A stretch of 63,249 nt of DNA, filler included, from Octopus bimaculoides (taxonomy: Eukaryota), in assembly GCF_001194135.2 (NCBI RefSeq). It is 6 parts of 5 records of this genome, joined end to end, with 100 filler letters (N's around TTAATTAATTAA, not from the genome) between each part and the next. Parts side by side here need not be neighbours in the genome. Positions count along the whole stretch, not along the records: positions 48,260 to 59,225 come from NC_068981.1; positions 59,326 to 61,356 come from NW_026351871.1; positions 61,457 to 63,249 come from NW_026355000.1; 3 more parts are not named here. One strand, written 5' to 3'. Positions 50,418 through 61,715 of this stretch are shown here, piece after piece; the first letter of the stretch is position 1, and every line of letters begins with the position of its first letter. The notes under the pieces are model-generated. The model searched no databases and was not told the DNA's origin. It saw nothing but the letters and a program-made list of their open reading frames with translations. The position numbers and the translations under genes are program-made.

Positions 50418-51310
50418 GGATCTTCTGATTTGGCGGGCGCCATTTTTTATTTATGTTTTATTTAGTGTGTTTTCTACCGAAACACTTTAAAACTTCGTAT
50501 ACTTGTATATTTTGTCTTATAGAATAGAGAAAAAGTTTTATATTCGAAGTTATTTCATGTTAAAAGTTGTCGTATTTCGGTAATTTCAACCAATCACTGA
50601 CGTCTATTGAGGTGAAAACAATTACTGCTGTGGAATGTAAACAACCCGTTCTAGTGGTGTAATGGGATCTTTTCCCTTGAATAAAATTAGTGCCGTTGTT
50701 TGTCAACGNNNNNNNNNNNNNNNNNNNNNNNNNNNNNNNNNNNNNNNNNNNNNNNNNNNNNNNNNNNNNNNNNNNNNNNNNNNNNNNNNNNNNNNNNNNN
50801 NNNNNNNNNNNNNNNNNNNNNNNNNNNNNNNNNNNNNNNNNNNNNNNNNNNNNNNNNNNNNNNNNNNNNNNNNNNNNNNNNNNNNNNNNNNNNNNNNNNN
50901 NNNNNNNNNNNNNNNNNNNNNNNNNNNNNNNNNNNNNNNNNNNNNNNNNNNNNNNNNNNNNNNNNNNNNNNNNNNNNNNNNNNNNNNNNNNNNNNAAATA
51001 ACAGTATCGCCGATAGTTGTTGCTGACAAACAAAAGCACTAATTTTATTCAAGGGAAAAGATCCCATTACACCGCTAGAACGTGTTGTTTACACTCAACA
51101 GCAGTAATTGTTTTCACCTCAATAGACGTCAGTGATTGGTTGAAATTACCGAAATACGACAATTTTAACACGAAATAACTTTAAAAAGATAAAATTTTCT
51201 CAATAACACTAAGAGTAAAAGATGTTTTATATGACACATTCTTCCAGTGTTCCAGGTTTGAAAGTGTTTCGTTAAGAAAACAAGTGGCACCCGCCAAATC
51301 AAAAAGATCT
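50418..51310. mobile_element. Merlin-like palindromic MITE, same family as 5673-6249 in opposite orientation
   Basis: 8-bp TSD TCAGTGTT at 50410-17 and 51311-18. Termini GGATCTTCTGATTTGGCGGG and CCCGCCAAATCAAAAAGATCT. Mirrored inner arms; central gap. Confidence 0.85.
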
Positions 51311-51468
51311 TCAGTGTTTACTCTACATACATGCTAGTTCAAATAATGATGTGTCCCCCCACGATATTTACCTTCTTAAGATATTTCAGATCCAATGTAA
51401 AGCACAACACATCACATTTACCATCTAGAGGAATCAACAGACATAATTCTGAAGACACAAGAAAGGTT

Positions 51469-52736
51469 GGAATCCTCGTTTTCAAACACAAGATCCGAAA
51501 TCTTTGAAAAATTTCCATGGTACTTACAAAAATGGTAACCATATTTTTGAAGGAATTAAAAGTAAAGAGGGTATAAACTTTTAAAAATAAAGAAATTTTA
51601 GCCAAGCAGATGCAGTCATTTTCGACACACCGGGAGTCGGAAATGAAACGTTCATTCACATTTTGTTTTGGGTTTTGTTTTTTTTATGGAGGCAAGTTTT
51701 CTCCCCACAATCTTTTTTTTTTAATATTCGTTTTTCTGCGAGAAACTAATGATATAAACGTCATACAACTTTTTCTCATGATGAAAAATATTTAATGAAA
51801 GAAAATGGAACAAAATATTCTAAAAATATAACAAAACAAATGAACTTATGTTTGACGCCGTGGTTCACTGTTCTATACCAAAAATCATAGCTTAGCATCT
51901 CTGAGATATGGGAATAGGCTAACCACAAACCATTATATATCGTAGTTCCAAGCAGAACTGATTCATGGATGCATTCTTCAAGTGTGTCTTCGTTGCGGCA
52001 TGGTAGCACCTGTCAAATCTTGTGACACACTGCCGAAAATCTGCTGATCCGGTAGCACTCTTTCTCGTCTAGAATACATCGTCTCACCTATCTTGACGAT
52101 CGCTCCAGTTATGAAGTACGTCCTCTGTGCACTGCTCTTTCATGTAGTTGTTATAATCAAGCATAGTACTATGGTTTATCACAACTCTTCCCTATACAAA
52201 CGGATAATCATTAGTTCTTTCACTCAAAAAGAAATAGCACAGCTATTGTTGTTAGTCGAAGAGTCCTACCATCAATTATTTCGGTCATTAAACTTATTTT
52301 CTTGTCGTTCTACAGTGTAGCAAAAAATTTTAATTAGCGTTTTCACCAACAAAGTCTTTCCGTCGGTATTATAGTCTTCTGTTGTAAATAGCTCACTGCG
52401 TCGTCTTTCGTGTTCAAAGTAACCACATAGACTTCTCAAATTCCCCAATCGATCGTTCAGTATGATTTTTTCAATTTCATGTTTTCCACGCTGGTTTAAA
52501 TTTGTTTCCTTTCAATATATTCGCTCACTTTGTAATGCGAATATACTGTAATTCCAGCTTCCGGCGTGTCAAAAATGACAGCATCTGACAAACTGAAATT
52601 CAAAAGAAAATGTCAATATTTAATGGTTCATAACTTTTTTATTTCTACAAAATATGGTTATGATTTTCATAATTAGCGTGAAAAACAACATGTATAGAAA
52701 TAGAAGCGGATCTGGTTTGTAAAACCGAAAAGATCC
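51469..52736 (-). mobile_element. Degenerate Merlin (IS1595/ISXO2-like) transposon with long imperfect TIRs
   Basis: CAGATGCAGTCATTTTCGACACACCGG (about 51608) is inverted relative to CCGGCGTGTCAAAAATGACAGCATCTG (about 52560). Right end reads AAAAGATCC. TSD not preserved. Confidence 0.7.
51835..52480 (-). pseudogene. Merlin transposase remnant
   Basis: DYNNYMKEQC; VKIGETMYSRR..DQQIFGSV (the VEIDES...WVFGG motif); RNEDTL..I..SVLLGTTIYNGLWLAY..I.....RTVNH. Catalytic Asp residues are substituted. Confidence 0.8.
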
Positions 52737-53214
52737 GATAGCCATCCACAAATATTACAGATGAGGGAAAAAGTTAAGTGTGTCAAGCCTAGTACCTATT
52801 TTATTGACACCGGGGAACTGAATTCAGAACATAGACGAGTGGACAAAAATTGTGAGAACAACTTGAGGGAATGATGAAACACCCCAAAATGACTGCTGCA
52901 TGAAAACAAATAGTATGCACTAATGAATTTAATGTGGTGAATCTAGAAACGTTAGTTCAAATTATCTCTATAGTAAGAAAATAATTAGCTTAATGATTTA
53001 TCACTAAGGCTACGTATTGACAGAGTTGTTAAAGCATATAACAAAATGTTCTGCAGTATTTATATTGACTCACTGCGCTCTTGGTTCAAATTCTGCCGAG
53101 GATTCTACCTTTCGTGGTCGACAAAATAAAGTTCTAGTCCAGGACAGTGGATTGGCGGAATTGCTACTGTCTTGTAGTATTTTATCTGGCTCTTTGCATT
53201 CTGGATTCTTGACT

Positions 53215-53340
53215 GACTGACCTAACCCGTCGCCCAGTTTAACACCGCTACCAGATCCTCGGTTGATGGGAGAGACTCTTTTAGCAGAATTCACTCTGTT
53301 GCAAGCACTTGGGCCAGGCCTCCGGTCTGAAGATCATTTC
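53215..53340 (-). repeat. About 130-bp dispersed repeat, inverted partner of 55520-55650
   Basis: Shared TCAGACCGG...GC(A/G)ACAGAGTG...GGTGTTAAACTG(G/A)GCGACGG(G/A)TTAG. Confidence 0.7.
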
Positions 53341-55649
53341 TTTCCTTTTCCTCACCAGTCTAGGAGGCCTTGAAAAAGCAAAGGTCATGGGTACTTTCCT
53401 TCCCTCACTGACTAAACGGTAAAAGACACCTACTAAATATCAAAAGCCTCCTCACTAAATCCTGTTTTTAATTAATTTCAATTAATTTAAAATCTAGTAT
53501 TGTATTCTCTGCCATCTTTTGTTTTCTTTTGAACATATCGTTGCGACTGTAATTTTAAATAGTTAAATTAATTAGCTCACATTGTGTATATTACAGTCTA
53601 CTTTATCAAAAACTGTCAGACATTTATGGAGATGCTTTAGCCATCCTATTTTTCCTTCTTTTATAATAAATCAATACAAATGAAGTCATGCATTAGGTGC
53701 AGCTTAGAATTTTAATTTCCATGCCCAAAACTTTGCTAATGATTTGTATATCATAAGAAGAAATAACCTCGGGAATCCTAAATTTGTTATTTGGTACCGC
53801 CATCATGATATTTTAAATTTCCAAAACCTTCATGTCATATGATTTTCAACAACAATAACAAATATCTCAAGGCTATTGGATGAACTGACAGTTTATTTTC
53901 GACACTTTTGTTGTAATGATGTCTTAACATGCTACACAAAACATTATTCTGTGGCTTACCATGTTCTTCAGAAGAAATCGCATCTGTTACTCTTCTAAAA
54001 TACGCCGGAAGCCAAATTAATTTTATTGATCATAGCTAGCAATTTGTCTTACACATTTTCAATTCTCACAGCTCCATCTCCACTTCCATGAGAACACTGA
54101 TTCATATTACCATATAGTATTTTGAGAATGCTATCCTTTTATGCCTGTTTAGATACGATGGTACGTTCTATTTAATAGGCTCTTTCTAACCAACAAGAAA
54201 TTATCTATGTGATCGCACAACCTGCTACAAATTACAGTTAAATCTCTTTCAAATCACATTCTACTATCTTAAAAGAAGAAGAACACGTCAGACAATATAA
54301 ACTTTGGTGTAAAAAAAGATGATATGATCACGACTGGAATAGTTAATATTTCACATCTCATTCTAAACAGAAAATTAACAGGTTGTATTGGTTTAGAGAA
54401 TGTCTTGCAAAAATTTCGTCATTGCGTAATATATCCGGATGAAGTCAGACTGACAAAAGCCATCAATATACAAGTGACACTTTTTGGAAGAATTTTCACT
54501 CGAGACGGCCATGTTCATTAATTACAGATTTCCGTTAACTTACCACCCATAGTACTTACCTTTACAAAGGTAATAGGTCGGATGGGAGTTAAATATTTTG
54601 GCCATGAACCATTGATAGGATATAAATATGAAACTTCCTGTTGGCTGCTAAACAACATCTAAGAGCAGTAATTTTCACTTTAAATAAATAATTATGTGAA
54701 ACTAATGTTAGAGATTATTCAGTCTTTGTTATTTTGTCACCTTAGCGTCAATCACCTGACAATTTGCTATATTTTTAAATGCCATGAAATTATTTAAAAT
54801 TGTTTAAGCCAACCAGTGCTCGTCATCATAATTATCATCATCATTATTGTCAAAATCGTTTTAGTTTTCAGTTTAAACCATCCACCGCCGTCTTAAAAAA
54901 AACACACACTGGATAATATAAGCCTAAATAAAAGACAAGATGCCATAACCAGAGTGCACTTTATCATAAGTCTATTCGATCAAGGTCGACACTGAATTAA
55001 GCAACTATTCACTCAAAATGTATTAATGCGCATACCACTCTAGTCATCAACTTTCTCAATTCATTAGTTCTTGTGCTTTTTTGTAAACCACATATCAAAC
55101 AGATCGTATTCAATTCATTTCATTCCACTGCTAATACTGTGAATGCATTTACTGGCCTTGTTTATTGAGAAATAGGATGCTGTGTGTATAATGTATATAC
55201 ACATCACGAAGACTTTGAAATATGTAACAAAAGGAAATGTTTGAAAAATGGATTTGGAGGTGATTTTCTCCCCTCGTTAACCTCTTCCATTCGAGAAATT
55301 AGCTACTTAACTGATTATAGAATTACTTCACACTTCAAAATGCACAAATACTGTCTCAAGTAGATTAAGGCAGACAGTGTATTTATACTTGCAATTCAAG
55401 AAGCCATCTTGAAGTGTAGAAAAATCTGAAAAGTTATTGCTTTGTTTTTTTTTAGTCAGAAGGGAAAGCAATGCTTATTACTTGTTACAGGGCTTCTGAG
55501 ACAGGTGGAAGGGGGGGAGGGAAACATGTATTGTCAGACCGGAAATCTGGTTCGAATGTTTGCGACAGAGTGGACTCCATTAAAAATATCCAAGGTGACA
55601 GGTGGTGGTGTTAAACTGAGCGACGGATTAGATCTACCAATCAAGTAGG

Positions 55650-55790
55650 TCATGGTGGGATTTGAACTCAGAACGCAAAGAGTCAGAACAAAAATTGCAA
55701 GGCATCCTGCCCGACTTTCATATTTGCCCCCTAAATACCTATTGGGACCGAAGCCATCGAACTACTTCAAATTTTGGGACTTACTCAACA

Positions 55791-55830
<40 letters not shown>

Positions 55831-56280
55831 AGAAAACAAGGCAGCGAGCTGGAATAATTGAGAGCACATGTAACAAAATGTTTAGCGACAATTTTCCGGC
55901 TCTTTACGTTCCGAATTCAAATACCGCCAAAGTCACCTTTCAAATTCCGCTGAAGTCACTTTACTTTTCATCCTTTGGAGTTGATAACATAAATACCATT
56001 TGAACACTGGGATCAACGTAATCGATTTACTCCTCCCCTAAAATTGCTGGTCTTGTGTCAAAATTTGAAACCAGTATGAAAACAATAAGCATTTGATGGT
56101 CAGAATCGTTAGAGCGTCGGTATTTACTCCGGTTCTTTACGTTATGAGTTCAAATTCCGCCAAAATTTTACCTTTCATCCTTTTGGAATCGATAAAATAA
56201 ATCGCGAGTCAAGTACTGGGGACGACTGAATCAACTGATCCCTACTCCTAAAATTACTGGCTTTGTGCTTGAATCAGTAA
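55650..56280. mobile_element. Family B SINE cluster around (TTA)n: one - fragment and two + copies
   Basis: GATTTGAACTCAGAACG (-) at about 55660; GGCAGCGAGCTGGAATAATTG (+) at about 55840; GGTCAGAATCGTTAGAGC (+) at about 56097. Confidence 0.75.
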
Positions 56281-56329
56281 ACCTTATAAAGAAACAGTAT
56301 TAGAATATTTAATGAGCAAGTCTACATCA

Positions 56330-57527
56330 TATTTGGCAATCTGTAATCTAGTTCTGCTGTGGGTTCGGACATAATTTTTTTCATAGGGATGTGTGTACAT
56401 TTACAAAAAGAGAGAGTGGAGGTGAGGTATTTCAGACTTCAGTGAAGTATTTCAGTCTTATTGTTGATATGTCATGCGGAGTAATTTCGTTTAAATGACT
56501 TTTAGCTGTAGGAGACAGTTCAATAAGAAAAGCATTTTGTTAGCTCTAAAGCAGTTATAGATATTTCAGGCAAAGGATTATATAAAAGTATAGTTGATTT
56601 TCTAAGAGAAGCGAGCATAACTTACATGAATGCAAAGGTCAGTGATTCGATAATGGTTCAAACATGAAAGATAAGAATAAAATGATTCAGACACGAAAGA
56701 AAATCAATAGGCGTTTTATATGCCATGTAGATGGCATAGTTTGAACATAATGGATGGTGACAGTACATTAAGTTGACAGGAATCCACTTTATCTTTTGAC
56801 ACTGTCCAGTGCTTACATGCTTTGTTTCCTGCATCTCCTAGATGATGGCGTCTACTAAAAAGAAAAACATGTTAAATGCCTCACTGCGAAATCTTCATAG
56901 AAAACTAGATAGAAATGCTGATTAGAATGTGTCAAAGACATTAAATATGAAATTATTGGAACCTGAGAAGCTCTTTATGAACTTTCAGAAATGCTTGGCT
57001 TGTTTCTGTTTCTGCCACATGAAACAGAAACTCTTATGTTACAAATGGAAGATCAGAGTCTTAGCGATGATGAAACTTTTGGTATGATGTCTTCGGGTAA
57101 ATGTTGTCTACTAAACTATACAGAATATCTCAGTGGAATTGTCAAGGGGAGTTTGATTAATGAATAGTGTCATTAATTAAGTGTTTGTTGTGCAAATGGC
57201 TATAAAAGAACATTAGCATTAGCAAAAGAATGCGATGTAGAGCATATACTTAAAGTAAGAGAATAATCTGAGAAGGGATACGAGTGCGTTGACGAATTCA
57301 AATACAAATCACATCAGAAAGATTTATTTTCAATCATTTATTCAGTGAAATACTTCACGCAGTCATACCAAATCTATGGATTGCATTACGAATACCTATA
57401 ATCGTAATGTGAGAAGCTGTCCTATAGTGAGAAGCTTTCGTAAACTAAAGTTTATAGACGATATTTATGGTTGCCCATGACACAAGACAGATGAAAATAC
57501 TTTGGCAATTATGTCAGAAGAAAACTT
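56330..57527 (+). pseudogene. hAT transposase remnant (ZMYM1-like type)
   Basis: KYFSLIVD; GKGLY; GQ*FDNGSNM; AFYMPC..HSLN; LF.ASPR*W; PNLWIALRI...RSF.KLKFI...MTQDR...LAIMSEEN (dimerisation domain). Many stops. Confidence 0.8.
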
Positions 57528-57532
57528 GTAAT

Positions 57533-57570
<38 letters not shown>

Positions 57571-58143
57571 ATGAAAACTAGTTATGATAATGTATGGGTG
57601 TTTTTTTTTTTTCAGCAACTGTTCATTTACACATAATCTTTAATTTCCAACAAGAAAATTTGTTGCATCTACAGTTTTAATCGTGAACACAACGGAATAT
57701 AAACAGCTGTTCCTCGTTTTGTTCAGATTCTGGATCTTGGTTTTGTGTTTATGTTTAACTATTTGTATCTTATATTCTTAATTCGGTTTCTTTTCTTTTG
57801 TCATTTATTTAACTTATTACACTCAGTAGTCGACTAATGCTTTCTTTGTTAGTACATCAGGCTAACAATATTGTTTAGATTTATAAAGAAAAATATGCAA
57901 TGACCATTATTTATATCTTATCTTATATATATAATTATAAGTATATTATATTGTATTTATCATATTATATTATTGCATTGTATCATATTATATTATATTG
58001 TATTGTATTGTATCATATTATATTATATCATATTGTATTATATTATATTATATTGTAACATATTAGATTATAATTTGGGTGAATAAGGCACTTAAAGGTA
58101 AGGCATTGGGTTAGGTCAGAATTAAAATGCATACACAACAATT

Positions 58144-58200
58144 ATACCAACACTGGTACAGAATACCAACACTGGTACAGAATACCAACACTGGTACAGA
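58144..58200. repeat. 19-bp tandem repeat, 3 perfect units (ATACCAACACTGGTACAGA)
   Basis: Read directly; units start at 58144, 58163 and 58182. Confidence 0.95.
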
Positions 58201-58360
58201 AGTACCGGTTTGGGATATGTATCCAATCAATTGAACCCAATTGAGTATATCATCAGCCCTTGAGCTAATTCAGAAACGCACATTCTATTAAATATACGGT
58301 CTATAATATACTTCGGAACATGTGAGGGGCAGGTTCCGAGAGAGGTGAATTATAAATGAG

Positions 58361-58430
<70 letters not shown>

Positions 58431-58651
58431 TGAATCTTGGCGTGGATTCGATCTTCGATAGCCAAATTTAAATTAACACTTCGACAGCACTTTTCTCGCG
58501 GTAAAACAATAGTTTTTTCTGAGTGACAGAAGTTACATGTGCCAGTTGCCTTAGCTAAGCAAAATAATGTCTTCACCACTTGACCCTTTTAACCCCTTCT
58601 ATTTCACCAATAGCTAGAATAGAGATATCACAGACCTCCAACGAAATCTAT

Positions 58652-59117
58652 TGTTGTCAGCGATATGTCTATCCCTCTGGATAGTTATAAAAACAAGAAC
58701 CCCCAAGCAAAAGGGAGTTAGTGAAAGCGACCATCAGTTAGTAAACGGACAACTAGTCATGGCCACAAGCAGGCAGTTACTAAAGACAAATGGTCAGAGG
58801 GAGAAAGAAAGTTATAATCAGCCAACTATGAGACACAACTTCCCTCGACTCTATAACTTTCTCTGGCTCAATTTCTTTTCTCTTACAACATTATTCTATC
58901 TCTTTCAGTCGGTTACTAATATGAGAACGTGTACACACATACTGGCCAAAATTAACTTTTTTACCTCGCATGCTTTTCTATTTACTACTTATACATACCA
59001 ACCCGTCGTGGTTTGGGACATATACAATGTAACGGTAAATAAATATTTTCTTTACAACTTCAATCACTGTTCTTTCATCTTTACATAATGGTAATCAACG
59101 AAGAACCAATCCCTACA
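58652..59117 (+). mobile_element. Possible solo LTR
   Basis: TG...CA ends and AATAAA about 80 nt from the 3' end. No TSD found. Confidence 0.25.
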
Positions 59118-59193
59118 AACTGGAAACGACTCCAACGTTCTATATTATTGTTTACAAATTAATCTCAACTGTTACAAAATAAACTTCTGGTGT

Positions 59194-59225
<32 letters not shown>

Positions 59226-59949
59226 NNNNNNNNNNNNNNNNNNNNNNNNNNNNNNNNNNNNNNNNNNNNTTAATTAATTAANNNNNNNNNNNNNNNNNNN
59301 NNNNNNNNNNNNNNNNNNNNNNNNNATGTATGTATGTATGTATGTATATATATACATACACCTACACATACACGTGTGTGTCTGTGGGCGCATGTATGTA
59401 AATATATATATATATATATATGTATGATATATATATTATATATATGTATATATATGTATGTATTATGTATACACACATTTGTATCTATGTATTATGTATA
59501 CATATATTTGTAGCCATGTATGTGTATGTATGTATGTATGTATGTATGTATGTATGTATGTATGTATGTATGTATGCATGTATGTATGTATGTAGGTATT
59601 TGTGTGTGAGTATGTACGTAATCCGTTTGTAGAATAGAGATTTATTATGAGAATTATAAGATTCTCGATCTCACAATATCTATTGATCTCAACGAAGGTT
59701 GAGAACCCTCAGACAAGTGAAGTACTGAGAAAAGGATGTATTCCGAAGTAGTGGGTCACGCTTGGAGTTGTTGGGGGTGGGCATGCGGCAAAGTGTGGGC
59801 TCGTTTCTCGGGAAGTTTTGTATACTTAATTGGTTTTTGATGTTATTTTCAATGATGTGTACACGCTATACTGGATCGAGGGTGTGAACATTTTCATCGA
59901 CCTTCCAGCATATTAAGGCTTGTTTTATGTTATAATCCTTTCTATTACA

Positions 59950-60110
59950 GGAACAAGGCCTGAAATTTTGAGGGAAGGGGTAAGTCGATTACAGCGACCC
60001 CCAGTGTTCAACTTGTACATATTTCATTGCTCCAAAACTGGTACATATTTCATCGACCACAAAACGATGAAAAGTCAAGTTGACCTTGGCAGAATTTGAA
60101 CTCAGAAACG
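59950..60110 (-). mobile_element. SINE family B
   Basis: AAGGCCTGAAATTTTGAGG...GACCTTGGCAGAATTTGAACTCAGAAACG. Confidence 0.75.
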
Positions 60111-60203
60111 TATATTTAACATAAATCTTATATAAGCAAAAACGCGAGTTTGAACACAGACAAAAGATCAATAAGGGAAAGAAAGACATATATGCATGTG
60201 TGC

Positions 60204-60235
<32 letters not shown>

Positions 60236-61456
60236 NNNNNNNNNNNNNNNNNNNNNNNNNNNNNNNNNNNNNNNNNNNNNNNNNNNNNNNNNNNNNNNNN
60301 NNNNNNNNNNNNNNNNNNNNNNNNNNNNNNNNNNNNNNNNNNNNNNNNNNNNNNNNNNNNNNNNNNNNNNNNNNNNNNNNNNNNNNNNNNNNNNNNNNNN
60401 NNNNNNNNNNNNNNNNNNNNNNNNNNNNNNNNNNNNNNNNNNNNNNNNNNNNNNNNNNNNNNNNNNNNNNNNNNNNNNNNNNNNNNNNNNNNNNNNNNNN
60501 NNNNNNNNNNNNNNNNNNNNNNNNNNNNNNNNNNNNNNNNNNNNNNNNNNNNNNNNNNNNNNNNNNNNNNNNNNNNNNNNNNNNNNNNNNNNNNNNNNNN
60601 NNNNNNNNNNNNNNNNNNNNNNNNNNNNNNNNNNNNNNNNNNNNNNNNNNNNNNNNNNNNNNNNNNNNNNNNNNNNNNNNNNNNNNNNNNNNNNNNTATA
60701 TATATATATATATATATATATACATACACACACGCGCGCATACACACACTCACATACACACACACACACACACACACACAGAGAGAAACACACACATATA
60801 TATTTACTACTTTACTGTTTATTTAAATAAACACTCGGTGAATGATAAAAATCAAAATTAACATAGGAAGTAACCGTAAAATGTAATGCACCTTTACCAT
60901 ACGTGTGATAGATAGGGAATCATACCCTTTTAAATAAATAAAAATAAATTTAACTAAAAATATATATAACCTAAACTATCAGCAAATAAGATTAATATTC
61001 TAAATAAACAAAAATTGTAATAAGAATTGAAATTCTCACAACTAAAAAGTATAAATTAGATAAATATATTGATTTGGTTTCTTGCTAAAAATTAAATATT
61101 TTAAAATTTTTATTCCTTTCACAAGTGAGTAGAGAAAGGAATGGTAGCCAACCTTTATAAAACCGATCTAAATTCCATTAAGGGAAATCGTAGTATGACC
61201 CAGTTCCTCAAAACCACAACTGGCCATTGTCCACTGTGGTCATAGTTTTAATCTCAAACAATTTCTAGGAAGAAATCCAAAAAGACACACATACTGACAC
61301 AAACAAACACACATATGCATGTCACTATTTCAGTTGGTAAGTAATTCTCCATCCATNNNNNNNNNNNNNNNNNNNNNNNNNNNNNNNNNNNNNNNNNNNN
61401 TTAATTAATTAANNNNNNNNNNNNNNNNNNNNNNNNNNNNNNNNNNNNNNNNNNNN

Positions 61457-61715
61457 GACCAAGGAGCAACACTGGGTCTTAGGTGTCAGACAGACCAAGG
61501 AGCAACTCTGGCTTTTAGGTGTCAGACAGACAAAGGAGCAACTCTGGCTTTTATGTATCAGCCAGACCAAGGAGCAACACTGGGTCTTAGGTGTCAACCA
61601 GACCAAGGAGCAACACTGGCTTTTAGGTGTCAGCCAGACCAAGGAGCAACACTGGCTTTTAGGTATCAGCCAGACCAAGGAGCAACACCTGCTTTTGCAT
61701 CAGCCTTAACCAAGA
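61457..61715. repeat. 36-bp minisatellite, about 7 units, array starts at a gap
   Basis: Unit GACCAAGGAGCAACACTGG(G/C)T(C/T)TTAGGTGTCAG(A/C)CA at 61457, 61493, 61529, 61565, 61601, 61637 and 61673. Confidence 0.95.

Noticed and set aside
1121-60861. Long ORFs in the supplied track (poly-X, YIYI, THTH, CVCV, poly-N/I/L)
   Set aside because: They are produced by N gaps and microsatellites that lack stop codons.
61457-61715. 36-bp repeats as a CRISPR array
   Set aside because: Units are contiguous with no unique spacers, there are no cas genes, and the context is eukaryotic. The same applies to the 19-mers at 58144.
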